Below are positions 63,242 through 64,000 of a DNA stretch of 64,000 bases, piece by piece. The position numbers and the translations under genes were made by a program. The notes under the pieces are model-generated. The model did no database searches, had not been told where the DNA came from, and saw only the letters and a program-made list of their open reading frames with translations. The DNA comes from Amphiscolops sp. MND2022 (Eukaryota): NCBI GenBank assembly GCA_964187785.1, contig OZ076409.1, forward strand, positions 85,314,001-85,378,000. Direction: 5' to 3'. Numbering within the stretch: position 1 is the first letter of the stretch; each line of letters starts with the position of its first letter.

Positions 63242-63573
63242 TCAAGAAGGAACACTGCTCTCTTTTCTTCCTCCCTCTGCTTCTACCTCTCCTTCTACTT
63301 CTCCTCCTACTGCATCTACCCTTCTTCCTTCTTCGCCATTTGTCTCTTGGTCGCTTATGAATGATTCAGCGACCTGTGACCCTTCTGGCAATTGAGCCTC
63401 TGCATGGAGTCTGACCATTTCGTCAGCGTAAGCTGTAACATCAACACTGTCAGTATTATTTGGAGACCTCTCTACTCTAAGAGGAAGAATCGGGGCGGTG
63501 AAAACACAGCAGCCTGACTTGTACCCACGGGTGAATTGGGATCTGGTGTTCGAGTAGTCTCTTTGTTCTGATT
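63242..63573 (-). CDS. Antisense ORF of the retroelement, putative last exon (unknown function, acidic C-terminus)
   Basis: 110 open codons SEQRDYSNTRSQFTRGYKSGCCVFTAPILPL...EGEVEAEGGRKESSVPS*, preceded by a CTAAC branch point, pyrimidine tract and TAG acceptor. Confidence 0.6.
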
Positions 63574-63780
63574 CTATAAACAGAAAGAGATGAAATTTGG
63601 CGGTTAGCTTCCTTGAAAGAAATCCATTTTACCGCGTCAGAAATCTTTCGAAAGTGTTTTAAAAATTTGAATGAAACGTGTTATCACGTGTTCAGTGATG
63701 GAAACAGGAAGCATTTTGTGAACAAATTTTAACCCTGATCAAGTTAAATTAGTTCAAAATAAAAATCCAGATCAACTTAT

Positions 63781-64000
63781 CTTTGAAGACATCCTGCAGT
63801 GATGGAAACTCCTTCTGGGTAACCGTCCTTATTCGGCTGGTGAAGTTAGGGAAAGTGGCCGAGCTCGGCTGAAAAGGGGATGATGCCCCGGAATACTCCG
63901 AGGAAGATGTAGTCGGCAACTGTGTTGGAACCCAAATGGACGTACATAACAATGCAGTACATAGATAGGGATGCCGAAAGAATTCAAAATTAAAAGAATA
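63781..64000 (-). CDS. Antisense ORF, putative upstream exon (start unresolved)
   Basis: Frame open to the window edge, ...SSPFQPSSATFPNFTSRIRTVTQKEFPSLQDVFK, ending AAAG|ataagt in phase 1, matching the downstream exon. Confidence 0.45.

Overview
AT-rich, repeat-dense eukaryotic (animal) genomic DNA, with one 200-N assembly gap at 10341-10540. The only host gene I can support is a + strand class A (rhodopsin-like) GPCR. Three GC3-rich exons (13167-13646, 48915-49185, 50622-50771) encode TM1-TM5 and splice in frame across a 35.3-kb and a 1.4-kb intron. TM6/TM7 were not found and probably lie beyond the window. Most of the remainder is transposon-derived: Helentron/HINE-like elements (one family carries a tRNA-like cassette), MITEs, a recent 1.73-kb tandem duplication, two decayed Ty3/Gypsy pol fragments each bracketed by 84-100 bp direct repeats, and several solo or partial LTRs. 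The most interesting system is an LTR retrotransposon starting at 58636. Its gag ORF begins about 198 codons inside a 2.2-kb LTR and reads through the primer-binding site. Gag is linked by a -1 slippery site to a pol whose enzymatic core appears deleted in frame. A convergent antisense ORF that appears to contain an intron follows. Its LTR carries seven GGCC-N6-GGCC dyads. All family assignments come from reading motifs by eye; no searches were run.
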